Assembly: GCA_004298615.1 (NCBI GenBank)
Contig: SCPX01000070.1
Coordinates: forward strand, 1 to 62,847
Length of the DNA: 62,847 bases
Direction of reading: 5' to 3'
Source: Patescibacteria group bacterium
GTDB taxonomy: Bacteria; Patescibacteriota; Patescibacteriia; SCPX01
Shown: positions 8,581 through 18,065 of the stretch, in pieces
Layout: every line of letters starts with the position of its first letter
How positions within the stretch are numbered: position 1 is the stretch's first letter
Position numbers and translations under genes: made by a program
The notes under the pieces: generated by a model
The model's database searches: none
The model's input: the letters and a program-made list of their open reading frames with translations, nothing else
Told to the model about the DNA's origin: nothing

Positions 8581-11040
8581 ATGGCAGAAGCCTTGCCCAT
8601 GCAACCGGCGGCCGGATCGGCCGCGAGTCATCAAAATCAAAAGGTCCAAAAGCTTGACGAATTGCCGAAAACATCTTTGCCGCTTACGGAAAACGCTTTG
8701 CGCGTTTTGGCGCGCCGGTATTTAAAAAAAACCGAAGACAGCCGGCCGGCCGAAGCGCCGGAGGATATGCTCTCGCGCGTGGCCAAAAATATCGCTCAAG
8801 CTGATATTTTTTATGATCCCAAGGCCGATCTTAAGGCTGCGGAAAAAGAATTTTACGAATCAATGGCCAAGCTTGATTTCCTTCCCAATTCGCCGACTCT
8901 CATGAACGCGGGACGGGATCTTCAGCAATTGTCCGCTTGTTTTGTTTTACCCATTGGCGATTCAATGGAAGAGATTTTTGAAACGCTGAAGCACGCCGCT
9001 CTCATTCATAAATCGGGCGGGGGAACTGGCTTTTCATTTTCCCGTTTGCGCTCCCAGGGATCGCGCGTGAAGACTACGCATGGCATAGCAAGCGGCCCGG
9101 TGTCATTTATGAAAATTTTTAATGCCGCCACCGAGCAGATCAAACAAGGCGGGACGCGCCGGGGCGCCAATATGGGAATATTGAGAGTGGACCATCCGGA
9201 TATTGTGGAATTTATTTCCTGTAAGGCTGACCACAAAGAAATAAACAATTTCAATATTTCCGTGGCCATTACCGACGAATTTATGGAGGCGGTAAAAAAC
9301 GGAACCGATTACACTCTTTACAATCCGCGCACCAAAGAAGCGGTGGAGAAATTGCCCGCTCGCGATGTTTTTGAGAAAATGGTGAAAAATGCCTGGCAAA
9401 ACGGGGATCCGGGCGTGATTTTTATTGACCGGATAAATAGGCTCAATCCCACGCGCCATATTTCGGAAATTGAATCCACCAATCCTTGCGGCGAACAACC
9501 CTTGCCGCCTTATGATTCTTGCAATTTGGGATCAATCAATCTTGGTAATTTCGTGTCGGCCGACAAGACCGTGGATTGGGACAGAATGAGGACAACGGTT
9601 CGCCGGGCCGTTCATTTTCTGGACAATGTGATTGATATGAATAATTACCCAATTCCGGAGATCGCCAAAATGACCAAAGCCAACCGCCGGATAGGACTGG
9701 GCGTGATGGGATTTGCCGATATGCTGATCAAATTGGAATTGCCGTACAATTCAACCGAGGGATTTGAAATGGGTGAAAAAACAATGCAATTCGTGCGTAC
9801 GGAAGCGATCAAAGCATCGGAAGATTTGGTTTATAAAAGAGGCAATTTTCCGCATTATCCCGGATCGGTTTATGAAAAACAAGGCAAGCCGCGGCGCAAC
9901 GCGACTGTCACCACAGTGGCGCCGACCGGATCAATCAGCATGATTGCCGATTGCTCCTCCGGCATTGAGCCTTTATTCTCAATCGTTTACACCAAGACTG
10001 TGATGGACGGCACTAATCTTTTGTATGTGCATCCGCTGTTTGAAGCGATTGCCAAGCGCGAAGGCTGGTATTCGGAAAGTCTGATGAAAAAGATTTCGGA
10101 AAAAGCTTCGTGCCAGGGAATAACCGAGGTGCCTGACAAATGGCAAAAAGTTTTCGTGTGCACGCACGATATTCAGCCGGAAGAGCATGTGGAAATGCAG
10201 GCGCGGTTTCAAAAATGGATTGATTCGGCCGTGTCCAAGACAGTGAATTTTTCGCATGAAGCGACTATTGACGATGTGCGGAAGGTTTATGTGATGGCTT
10301 ATGAAAAAGGCTGCAAGGGAGTGACCATTTACCGCGACGGCAGCCGGGATGAGCAAGTCTTGCATACGGAAAGAACAGCTAAGGCGCGCAGCGAAAAAAC
10401 AGCCGGCCAGCCTTTGCCGCAGGATTTGGCTCTGACGGTCAAACCGCGCTCCCGGCCCGATGTGATGAAAGGCTTTACTTATAAAGTACCGACCTCCTAT
10501 GGGAGTTTGTATATTACCATAAATGAAGACGAACACGGACCTTTTGAAGTTTTTGGCCAAATGGGCAAGTCCGGCAGTTTCTTTATGGCCCAGCTGGAAG
10601 CGGTGTGCCGATTGATTTCTTTGGCTCTGCGAAGCGGGGTGGAAGCGGATTCCGTAATCAGCCAGATTAAAGGTATCAGGGATCCCCAGCCGATTTGGTA
10701 CGAAGGCGGAATGATTCTTTCTCTTTCGGACGCGATCGCGCAAGTTTTGGAAAAACACATCCGGCAAGGCAAAGAACAGCAGCCGCTTCTTAAAATTGAA
10801 CCGATTCAAAACAAAGAAAATCAAGAAACCAAAATCCTTGAAATGTTGATTAAGACGCCGGCCGTTTCAACAAATGGCAACGGAAATGGCCACGCGCATA
10901 CCAATGGCAACGGACACGCAAAAAAAATATCTTTGGCCAATTTGGGAGCGGCGCCGGCTTGTCCGGATTGCGGCGGGATGTTGGAATTGGGCGAAGGGTG
11001 TCTGAAATGCCGACTATGCGGCTTCACCAGATGCGGTTAG
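8581..11040 (+). CDS. nrdJ: adenosylcobalamin-dependent (class II) ribonucleotide reductase with C-terminal Cys4 zinc finger
   Basis: LSACFVLPIGDSMEEIF, STNPCGEQPL, TVAPTGSISMIADCSSGIEP; C-terminal CPDCGG...CLKCRLCG. Confidence 0.92.
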   Translation: MAEALPMQPAAGSAASHQNQKVQKLDELPKTSLPLTENALRVLARRYLKKTEDSRPAEAPEDMLSRVAKNIAQADIFYDPKADLKAAEKEFYESMAKLDFLPNSPTLMNAGRDLQQLSACFVLPIGDSMEEIFETLKHAALIHKSGGGTGFSFSRLRSQGSRVKTTHGIASGPVSFMKIFNAATEQIKQGGTRRGANMGILRVDHPDIVEFISCKADHKEINNFNISVAITDEFMEAVKNGTDYTLYNPRTKEAVEKLPARDVFEKMVKNAWQNGDPGVIFIDRINRLNPTRHISEIESTNPCGEQPLPPYDSCNLGSINLGNFVSADKTVDWDRMRTTVRRAVHFLDNVIDMNNYPIPEIAKMTKANRRIGLGVMGFADMLIKLELPYNSTEGFEMGEKTMQFVRTEAIKASEDLVYKRGNFPHYPGSVYEKQGKPRRNATVTTVAPTGSISMIADCSSGIEPLFSIVYTKTVMDGTNLLYVHPLFEAIAKREGWYSESLMKKISEKASCQGITEVPDKWQKVFVCTHDIQPEEHVEMQARFQKWIDSAVSKTVNFSHEATIDDVRKVYVMAYEKGCKGVTIYRDGSRDEQVLHTERTAKARSEKTAGQPLPQDLALTVKPRSRPDVMKGFTYKVPTSYGSLYITINEDEHGPFEVFGQMGKSGSFFMAQLEAVCRLISLALRSGVEADSVISQIKGIRDPQPIWYEGGMILSLSDAIAQVLEKHIRQGKEQQPLLKIEPIQNKENQETKILEMLIKTPAVSTNGNGNGHAHTNGNGHAKKISLANLGAAPACPDCGGMLELGEGCLKCRLCGFTRCG

Positions 11041-11201
11041 TTTTTCCTGCTCGGGATTGCGCAATTTTCTTCTGCGGAACTCGCTCGCTCGCGCTTCGCT
11101 CAAACAGTCCTCGTTCGAAAATTGACAATCCCTCGCCGAAAAACTAAAAAAACAGAAACTAAAAGCAGAAAAAAAGCAACAATTAAACATTAAAATAACA
11201 T

Positions 11202-11395
11202 AATTTGACGGAAGTCCGGTGTTAAAATAATCCGGCGCTGTCCCGCAACTGTGACTCTCCGATTCAATGATCGGAGACAAGCCAGATCAGTCAAATTGTG
11301 CTTATCAAAACCATTTATTTCTCCGAGGCAGGGAAAGAAAAGGTTAAATTTATTATATAAATTTTAACCTCTTTTCATCCGGAAAGAGGTTTTAT
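11202..11395 (+). ncRNA. cobalamin riboswitch (aptamer 11202-11297) with terminator-type expression platform (11368-11394)
   Basis: Core GGAAGTCCGGTGTTAAAATAATCCGGCGCTGTCCCGCAACTGTGA matches the conserved cobalamin-riboswitch core. P1 is aatttgac (11202-11209) paired with gtcaaatt (11290-11297). An AGCCAGATCAGTC B12-box-like segment follows. Downstream hairpin cctcttt/aaagagg is followed by tttta. Confidence 0.8.
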
Positions 11396-11449
11396 AATTA
11401 TTAGTTAATAAATGTTTCATGATTCAAGATCCATGATTCAGGAAATTAT

Positions 11450-11905
11450 ATGAAAAACGCGCAAAAAATTATTCTCGGAATTATTGGTATTATTATTGTC
11501 GCGGTTATCGGCATTTGGGGATTAACGCAAAACCCGGCTTCCGTGACAAATAACACAAATGTATCAAGCGCTAATATTAACGCAAATGCCAATAGCGCCG
11601 CGCAAATCCAAACCTCGCTCCAGATTGACAGGCAGGACAGCTCGACAGTCAAAGTTTTTAGTGTTAAAATGGAAAAAGATTCCACTGCCCTGGCCCAACT
11701 TCAAAAAGTAGCCGCTGACAATAACATTCCGCTTGAAATAAAAACTGAAAGTTTTGGTTCGTATGTTGACTCGTTGGATGGGTTGAAAGGCGGTACGGAC
11801 GGCAAATATTGGATGTATTCGGTAAACGGCAAAACCGCGGAAGTGGGCGCTGATCAATACAAATTAGCCGAAGGCGATGTGGCGGAATGGAAGTTTACAA
11901 AATAG
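11450..11905 (+). CDS. DUF4430-type (transcobalamin-like) membrane-anchored binding protein, candidate B12 capture protein
   Basis: N-terminal TM helix. C-terminal ...GTDGKYWMYSVNGKTAEVGADQYKLAEGDVAEWKF is typical of DUF4430. It sits directly downstream of the riboswitch. Confidence 0.7.
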   Translation: MKNAQKIILGIIGIIIVAVIGIWGLTQNPASVTNNTNVSSANINANANSAAQIQTSLQIDRQDSSTVKVFSVKMEKDSTALAQLQKVAADNNIPLEIKTESFGSYVDSLDGLKGGTDGKYWMYSVNGKTAEVGADQYKLAEGDVAEWKFTK

Positions 11906-11908
11906 TAA

Positions 11909-12019
11909 GTCTTGTATCATGAATCATAAAACTTGAATCATAAAGTAATTGATTTAAACCAGAATGTAATTTATTGCGATTTGTGTTTCAAGATACAAGT
12001 TGCGAGATGCATGAAATTC
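11909..12019. repeat. low-complexity inverted module (tgaatca/cttgtat words, then caagata/gcgagat words)
   Basis: cttgtatcatgaatcataaaacttgaatcataaag ... gtgtttcaagatacaagttgcgagatgcatgaa. The first arm is the reverse complement of tttcatgattcaagatccatgattcagg at 11415-11442, upstream of the DUF4430 gene. Confidence 0.6.
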
Positions 12020-12020
12020 T

Positions 12021-12536
12021 ATGTCTTATTTCTTCATTTTTCTCGGCGCGGTTTTGAGATTTATTCCTCATGCCGCCAATTTTGCCCCAATCGGCGCTAT
12101 GGCGCTTTTTGGCGGTGCGAAATTAAACAAAAAATACGCGCTTATTGTCCCTTTGGCCGCGATGCTTATTTCCGATTATTTTATCGGATTTTATTCGTGG
12201 CAAATAATGGCCTCCGTATACGCAAGTTTTTTGATTTACGGATTGCTGGGATTGCGGGCGCGTAAAAACGAAAGCTGGTTAAAAATTGGCGGCGCCACAT
12301 TGGCCGGATCGGTATTGTTTTTCCTGATTACCAACTTTGCTGTGTGGGCTTTCGGCTCAATGTACCCGCACACTTTGGCAGGACTCCTCGCCTGCTATGC
12401 GGCTGGTCTGCCGTTTTTCCGCGGCACACTGCTTGGCGATATTTTTTTCACGGCCGCGTTTTTCGGACTGTACGAATTGGCGCGGAAATATGTAGAAATT
12501 CCATTGAAGCAAAAATTAACAACCAAGAAAGTTTGA
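12021..12536 (+). CDS. DUF6580-type putative transporter (multi-TM), candidate cobalamin/vitamin permease
   Basis: LRFIPHAANFAPIGAMALFGGA...LISDYFIG resembles the DUF6580 putative transport protein family. Same transcription unit as the riboswitch. Confidence 0.6.
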   Translation: MSYFFIFLGAVLRFIPHAANFAPIGAMALFGGAKLNKKYALIVPLAAMLISDYFIGFYSWQIMASVYASFLIYGLLGLRARKNESWLKIGGATLAGSVLFFLITNFAVWAFGSMYPHTLAGLLACYAAGLPFFRGTLLGDIFFTAAFFGLYELARKYVEIPLKQKLTTKKV

Positions 12537-12568
12537 CGCAGTGTAGTGGAGTGATATAATAAGATCAT

Positions 12569-12922
12569 ATGGAAGAAAACATCAATCCGATAAAAAACGA
12601 AATGAAGTCTGGTGAAATAAATCCGGATGAAACAAGGCAGATTCTCCAGCAGCAGACCAAAATTTTGGCCCAAATCGCGGGCGATATCAGATCAATGAAA
12701 AGGGCGCAGACAGTAAGCAAGGTAATCAATCTGGTTATGTTTGTGATATTTTTTATCGCTCCGATTATCGTCAGCGCGATTTTTCTGCCAAAACTCATTC
12801 AAAGCTTCACTTCTTCGCTCGGCGGAATGTACGGCACGAACACGCAGGGCATTGATCCTTTCAAGCTTTTGACCGATCCGAACGCCTTGAAGCAATTCCA
12901 AAATCAGGCGCAAACAAAATAA
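12569..12922 (+). CDS. hypothetical membrane protein
   Basis: ORF with one central TM helix (VINLVMFVIFFIAPIIVSAIFL). No family recognised. Confidence 0.5.
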   Translation: MEENINPIKNEMKSGEINPDETRQILQQQTKILAQIAGDIRSMKRAQTVSKVINLVMFVIFFIAPIIVSAIFLPKLIQSFTSSLGGMYGTNTQGIDPFKLLTDPNALKQFQNQAQTK

Positions 12923-13022
12923 ACGCAAAACTGAAAGCTGAAAGCTCAAAACTAAAACGTAAAAATTAAAGCACTTGAAGATTGAATCAAAGCTTTAAGT
13001 CTTAACATTTGAATTTTAAATT
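12923..13022. repeat. heptad-periodic low-complexity inverted module (caaaa/gaaag words, then cttga/tttaa words)
   Basis: acgcaaaactgaaagctgaaagctcaaaactaaaacg ... cttgaagattgaatcaaagctttaagtcttaacatttgaatttt. Confidence 0.6.
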
Positions 13023-13034
13023 ATTTATTTTTTT

Positions 13035-14252
13035 ATGTTTCCTTTCAAAAAAAGCGACGATGATATTAATAAATATTATATGCGGGAGGGATTGATTATT
13101 GTTGTCTTGCTAAGTCTGATTATTGGCGGAGTGGCGGGCGGAATCGTGGGCGCGACCGTGAGCGGTTCTTTCCGATATTTTCCGCAATATACCGCGAGCA
13201 AGCAAGCTCAAATTTCCCCTCAAGAGAATACTTTAAAAGTTGAAGAAGAATCCCAAACCATTGATACGGTGAAAAAAGTTTCGCCGGCGGTTGTTTCAAT
13301 CGTGATAAAAGCCGACCTTTCAAAGTATTATCAGAATGATCCGTTTAATTTTTGGTATGGCTATTCGCAGTCCGCTCCGCAGGACAAACAGACGATCGGC
13401 GGTGGCAGCGGGTTTATCATCAGCGCCGACGGAATGATTTTAACCAACAAACATGTGGTGGATCAGGATGGCGTTGAATATACGGCTGTCACTTCGGACG
13501 GCAAGCAATATCCGGCCAATGTATTGGCCAGAGATCCTTCCAATGATATCGCGATTGTTAAAATAGAAGCTTCCAATCTTCCCGTGGTTGAATTGGGCGA
13601 TTCGGACACTTTGCAAATCGGACAAACCGTGATCGCGATCGGCAATAGCCTAGCGCAATATCAAAATACGGTGACCAAGGGCGTTGTTTCCGGGCTGGCG
13701 CGCAACATCACGGCCGGCGGCAACGGCGCTTCGGAACAATTAGAAGATGTGATTCAGACGGACGCGGCTATAAATCCTGGAAATTCTGGCGGACCGTTGG
13801 TAAATTTGGCCGGGCAAGTGATCGGAGTAAATACGGCCATTGATCAACAGGGACAGTTGGTCGGATTTTCCATACCGATCAACTCGGTCAAATCAACGAT
13901 TGAAAGCGTGAAGAAAACTGGGAAAATAGTGCGGCCGTTTATCGGCATAAGATATTCGCCAATAACTAAACAATTCGCTCAAGCGAACGATTTGCCTTTT
14001 GAATACGGAATATACATCGTGCGCGGTTCGCGGTCAGAAGATTCGGCCATTGTCAAAGACAGTCCGGCGGACAAGGCGGGATTGAAAGAGGGGGATATTA
14101 TTTTGGAAATCAATGGAGTGAAAATCAATGAAGATCACAGCTTAGTCGGCCAGCTGGCCAAATACAGCGCCGGCAACGAGGTTATTCTCAAAATTTCCTC
14201 CGGCGGGGCAATTAAAGATATAAAGGTGAAATTGGAAGAGAAGAAGGAGTAA
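13035..14252 (+). CDS. htrA: HtrA/DegP-family serine protease with PDZ domain
   Basis: GSGFIISADGMILTNKHVV (His), DIAIVKI (Asp), GNSGGPLVN (Ser); C-terminal PDZ (GLKEGDIILEINGVKI). Confidence 0.9.
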   Translation: MFPFKKSDDDINKYYMREGLIIVVLLSLIIGGVAGGIVGATVSGSFRYFPQYTASKQAQISPQENTLKVEEESQTIDTVKKVSPAVVSIVIKADLSKYYQNDPFNFWYGYSQSAPQDKQTIGGGSGFIISADGMILTNKHVVDQDGVEYTAVTSDGKQYPANVLARDPSNDIAIVKIEASNLPVVELGDSDTLQIGQTVIAIGNSLAQYQNTVTKGVVSGLARNITAGGNGASEQLEDVIQTDAAINPGNSGGPLVNLAGQVIGVNTAIDQQGQLVGFSIPINSVKSTIESVKKTGKIVRPFIGIRYSPITKQFAQANDLPFEYGIYIVRGSRSEDSAIVKDSPADKAGLKEGDIILEINGVKINEDHSLVGQLAKYSAGNEVILKISSGGAIKDIKVKLEEKKE

Positions 14253-14253
14253 T

Positions 14254-15343
14254 ATGAAAGAATTAGTCGTTAACCTTCAAAATTTGTCTGACAAGATCGC
14301 GAAGGCGCGGAGGTTTCTTTGACATTGATGGTTTAAAGAAGCAAGAAGCCGAATTGGTCGCTCAAATGGACGATGCGCAATTTTGGAAAAGAGAAGACGC
14401 GCAAGACATTTCCAAAAAGCGCGAGGCTCTAAGGCGCGAAATTGAAATATGGGAAAAAATTTCCAGCGATGTCAGCGAAGAGCTTGATATCGCCCGTTTG
14501 GCTGAAAGCGAGGGAAATAAAGAATTGGAAGGCGATATAAAGAAAAAATACGAAGAACTCAAGTCTCAATTTGAGGAGCTTGAGTTTTTTTTATTGTTTA
14601 GGGATAAACACGATAGAAGCAATGCCATTGTGGCAATCCACGCGGGCACGGGCGGCACAGACGCGCAAGATTGGGCAGGGATGCTTTTGCGTATGATTTT
14701 GAGGTATTGCGAAAGGCGTGGATTCACCGCGCGGATTGTTGATGAGCACAAAGGCGGCGAAGCCGGAATCAAAAGCGCCGTAATTGATGTGCAAGGCGAA
14801 TGGGCGTACGGATATTTGAAATCCGAGCACGGCGTGCATCGGCTCGTGCGCATTTCGCCTTTTGACGCGGAAAAAATGCGGCATACTTCTTTTTCACTGA
14901 TTGAAGTGCTGCCGGAAATAGGCGAAGTGGAAGAAGCGAAAATCGATCCCAAGGATTTGCGCATTGACACTTATCTGGCTGGCGGCCATGGGGGGCAGAG
15001 CGTGCAGACCACTTATTCGGCCGTGCGCATCGTGCATATTCCGACAGGCATTATCGTCACTTGCCAAAATGAGCGCAGCCAACGCCAGAACAAAGAAACT
15101 GCAATGAAAATTATGCGCGCCAAACTTCACAAGATTGCTCTTCAGGAAAGGCAAGACGAAAAACAAAAATTGCGCGGCGAATACCACGAAGCGGCCTGGG
15201 GCAACCAAATCCGTTCTTATGTCCTGCATCCGTATAAAATGGTCAAAGATCACCGCACCAATTTTGAAACCGCCGACCCCCAAGCCGCTTTGGACGGCAA
15301 ATTGGAGCCCTTTGCCGAGGCGTTTTTGAAGATGGAGAAATAG
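14254..15343 (+). CDS. prfB: peptide chain release factor 2, requires a programmed +1 frameshift (join 14254..14319, 14321..15343)
   Basis: MKELVVNLQNLSDKIAKARRFL ends at in-frame TGA 14320-14322. The +1 frame continues DIDGLKKQEAELVAQMDD... Contains the SPF motif (RISPFDA) and GGQ (GGHGGQSVQTT). Confidence 0.93.
14309..14323 (+). promoter_or_regulatory. RF2 programmed +1 frameshift site (SD-like GGAGG, then CTT TGA C)
   Basis: ggaggtttctttgac: an internal Shine-Dalgarno-like ggagg lies 3 nt before CTT-TGA-C, the classical RF2 autoregulatory site. Confidence 0.9.
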
Positions 15344-15346
15344 CTT

Positions 15347-15375
15347 TTCACGATTTTTGATTTTTGTGCTATAAT
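15347..15375 (+). promoter_or_regulatory. candidate atp operon promoter (extended -10 TGcTATAAT)
   Basis: tgctataat at 15367-15375; weak -35 ttcacg at 15347-15352. Confidence 0.4.
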
Positions 15376-15380
15376 AATTC

Positions 15381-15693
<313 letters not shown>

Positions 15694-15799
15694 AAAGCTC
15701 AAAACGCAAAGCGCAAAACTCAAAACAACAACTCAAAATTCAAAACTTTTGAAATTTGCGATATAACTTTGAGTTTTAACATTTGAGTTTTTAGTTTTT
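15694..15799. repeat. heptad-periodic low-complexity inverted module (ctcaaaa words / ttttgag words)
   Basis: ctcaaaa|cgcaaag|cgcaaaa|ctcaaaa ... ctttgagttttaacatttgagtttttag. Confidence 0.7.
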
Positions 15800-15804
15800 A
15801 TTAT

Positions 15805-16539
15805 ATGGAATTATTCGGTAAATTGGGCATTGAATGGAAATTGCTTCTGGCGCAGGGTTTGAATTTCATCCTGCTTCTTATTATTTTGCGGAAATTTTTA
15901 TACAAGCCGATTTTGAAAATACTTGACGAACGGCGCGCCAAAGCCGAATCTTTGCAGGTGGAAGCTTCAAAAATGGAAGAGCGGAGAAAACAATTTGAGC
16001 AATGGACCGACGATCAGGTGAATGAAGCGCGGCGCAAATCCGAAATGATTTTGCTGGAAGCGGAAAAATTCGCCGGCAAATTGAAAACGCGCAAACTTGA
16101 CGAAATGTCTGTGGAAAAACAGCGCGCCCTTTTGGACGGACATAAGCAATTGAGCCGCGATCGGATTACTTTGGAAAAGGAATTGCGCGAATCAATAACC
16201 CGGGAGACGGCCGAAAGGATGCAGAAATTATTTTCCGAAATAAGCGATAATATCGAGTTTCATAGCGTTTTGTTTGATAAGACGATTGCCGAATTTTCTC
16301 AATATCAATTTGATAAAACGCAAATGGCGAAGATGGCGCAAATCGAAATTCAAACCGCCAAAGATTTGTCAAAGCAAGATAAAGACAAGCTGTTGAAAAT
16401 TTTGGAAAAAAAGCTGGGACGCGAGGTTAAGATATTGCCGTCCACTGATCCGAAATTGATCGCCGGAGCCAAAATCATTTTGGGCGGATTTGAATTTGAC
16501 GGAAGCCTGGTTGGACGATTAAAGAAGGTAAACGGTTAA
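15805..16539 (+). CDS. atpF: ATP synthase subunit b fused to a delta(OSCP)-like C-terminal segment
   Basis: N-terminus is b-like (LNFILLLIILRKFLYKPILKILDERR). C-terminus ...DPKLIAGAKIILGGFEFDGSLVGRLKKV resembles the delta C-terminal motif. No separate atpH lies between it and atpA. Confidence 0.75.
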   Translation: MELFGKLGIEWKLLLAQGLNFILLLIILRKFLYKPILKILDERRAKAESLQVEASKMEERRKQFEQWTDDQVNEARRKSEMILLEAEKFAGKLKTRKLDEMSVEKQRALLDGHKQLSRDRITLEKELRESITRETAERMQKLFSEISDNIEFHSVLFDKTIAEFSQYQFDKTQMAKMAQIEIQTAKDLSKQDKDKLLKILEKKLGREVKILPSTDPKLIAGAKIILGGFEFDGSLVGRLKKVNG

Positions 16540-16550
16540 TAATTTATCGC

Positions 16551-18065
16551 ATGAATAATGTAAATCAAAACAGCTCTTCTTTGAGCGTGAAAGAAGTCGG
16601 TACGGTGACCGCCGTTTACGATGAAATCCTTCGCATTGAAGGATTTCCCGGTATTTGCGAAGGCGAAATTTTGGAGGGCGAGTCGGGGCAAGCTTTGGTT
16701 TTAGGATTTGATCGGGAAAAAGTTTTCGCGGCAGTATTGGGCGAATGGAAAAATTTCGGATCCGGTACAAAACTTATTCGGACAAACAAACTTTTTCAAA
16801 CTCCGGTCGGGGATAATTTTTTAGGCCGGGTGGTTAATATTTTCGGGCAGCCTTTGGATCAAAAAGGCGGCATCGAGCCGGACAGATTTTTGCCGATTGA
16901 GCGGGATGCACCGCCCATAATCCACCGCGAATCGGTGAGCCAGCCGCTTGCCACTGGGATTTTATCAATTGACGCGACTATTCCTTTGGGCCGCGGACAA
17001 AGGGAATTGATAATCGGCGATCGCAAAACAGGAAAAACAACTATTGCTTTAGAGACGATGATCAGCCAGCGGCAAGCGTGGTGGAATAGAGAATCCGCCT
17101 ACGCCAAGGCTTCGGCGGACAAGCCTGTCATATGCGTGTATGTGAGTATTGGCCAGAAAAAAGGAGATTTGGCCAGAGTGGTGAAGACCTTGGAAAAGCA
17201 TCACGCTATGGAATACACCATTGTGGTCGCGGCCACAGCGTCTGATTCGGCCACGGAAAATTATTTGGCGCCGTATGTCGGGTGCGCTTTGGCTGAGTAT
17301 TTCAGAGACAAAGGCCTGGATGTTTTGATAATTTACGATGACTTGACCAAGCATTCCTGGGCTTACCGCAATATTTCTTTGCTGCTTGGGCGGCCGCCGG
17401 GCCGGGAAGCCTATCCCGGCGATATTTTTTACGCTCACGCGAGGCTTTTGGAGCGGGCGGCCCGGCTTGATGAAAAACACGGCGGCGGATCGCTCACCGC
17501 GTTGCCCATCATTGAAACAGTAGAAGGCGACATCACCGGATATATTTCCACAAATCTGATTTCCATCACAGACGGGCAGATTTATCTTTCACCCGAACTT
17601 TTCAGAAAAGGCCATCGTCCGGCCGTCAATATCGGGCTTTCCGTTTCGCGCGTGGGATCGGCGGCGCAAATTCCGGCCATTAAAAAATTAACCTCAAAAT
17701 TGAAGCTTGATTTGGGGCAATCGGCCGAGCTCAAAAAAGTGGCCGAAGTCTCTCCGCAATCGTTATCCAAAGACGCGCGCCTGATTTTGGAAAAGGGCGA
17801 GAGGATAATGTCCGTCCTTCGCCAAGGCGAACATATGCTTTATAGCTTGCCCGAGCAAGTCTGTATCTGGTCTGTGCTTCTCTCCGGCAAAATTGACGAT
17901 TGTCCAGCTGCCGATCTTTCAAAATTCTTCGGCGAATTTATTGATTTTATCAAGCACGCCAATGCCAAGCTTTTTGACGACATAGCGGCGAAAGAATGGG
18001 GTGAAGAATTGCAAAATAAAATTATCGGGAATTTGGAAAAATTCCGGCAAATGCGGACCGTATGA
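16551..18065 (+). CDS. atpA: F0F1 ATP synthase subunit alpha
   Basis: GDRKTGKTTIA Walker A; YDDLTKHSWAYRNISLLLGRPPGREAYPGDIFYAHARLLERA. Confidence 0.96.
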   Translation: MNNVNQNSSSLSVKEVGTVTAVYDEILRIEGFPGICEGEILEGESGQALVLGFDREKVFAAVLGEWKNFGSGTKLIRTNKLFQTPVGDNFLGRVVNIFGQPLDQKGGIEPDRFLPIERDAPPIIHRESVSQPLATGILSIDATIPLGRGQRELIIGDRKTGKTTIALETMISQRQAWWNRESAYAKASADKPVICVYVSIGQKKGDLARVVKTLEKHHAMEYTIVVAATASDSATENYLAPYVGCALAEYFRDKGLDVLIIYDDLTKHSWAYRNISLLLGRPPGREAYPGDIFYAHARLLERAARLDEKHGGGSLTALPIIETVEGDITGYISTNLISITDGQIYLSPELFRKGHRPAVNIGLSVSRVGSAAQIPAIKKLTSKLKLDLGQSAELKKVAEVSPQSLSKDARLILEKGERIMSVLRQGEHMLYSLPEQVCIWSVLLSGKIDDCPAADLSKFFGEFIDFIKHANAKLFDDIAAKEWGEELQNKIIGNLEKFRQMRTV

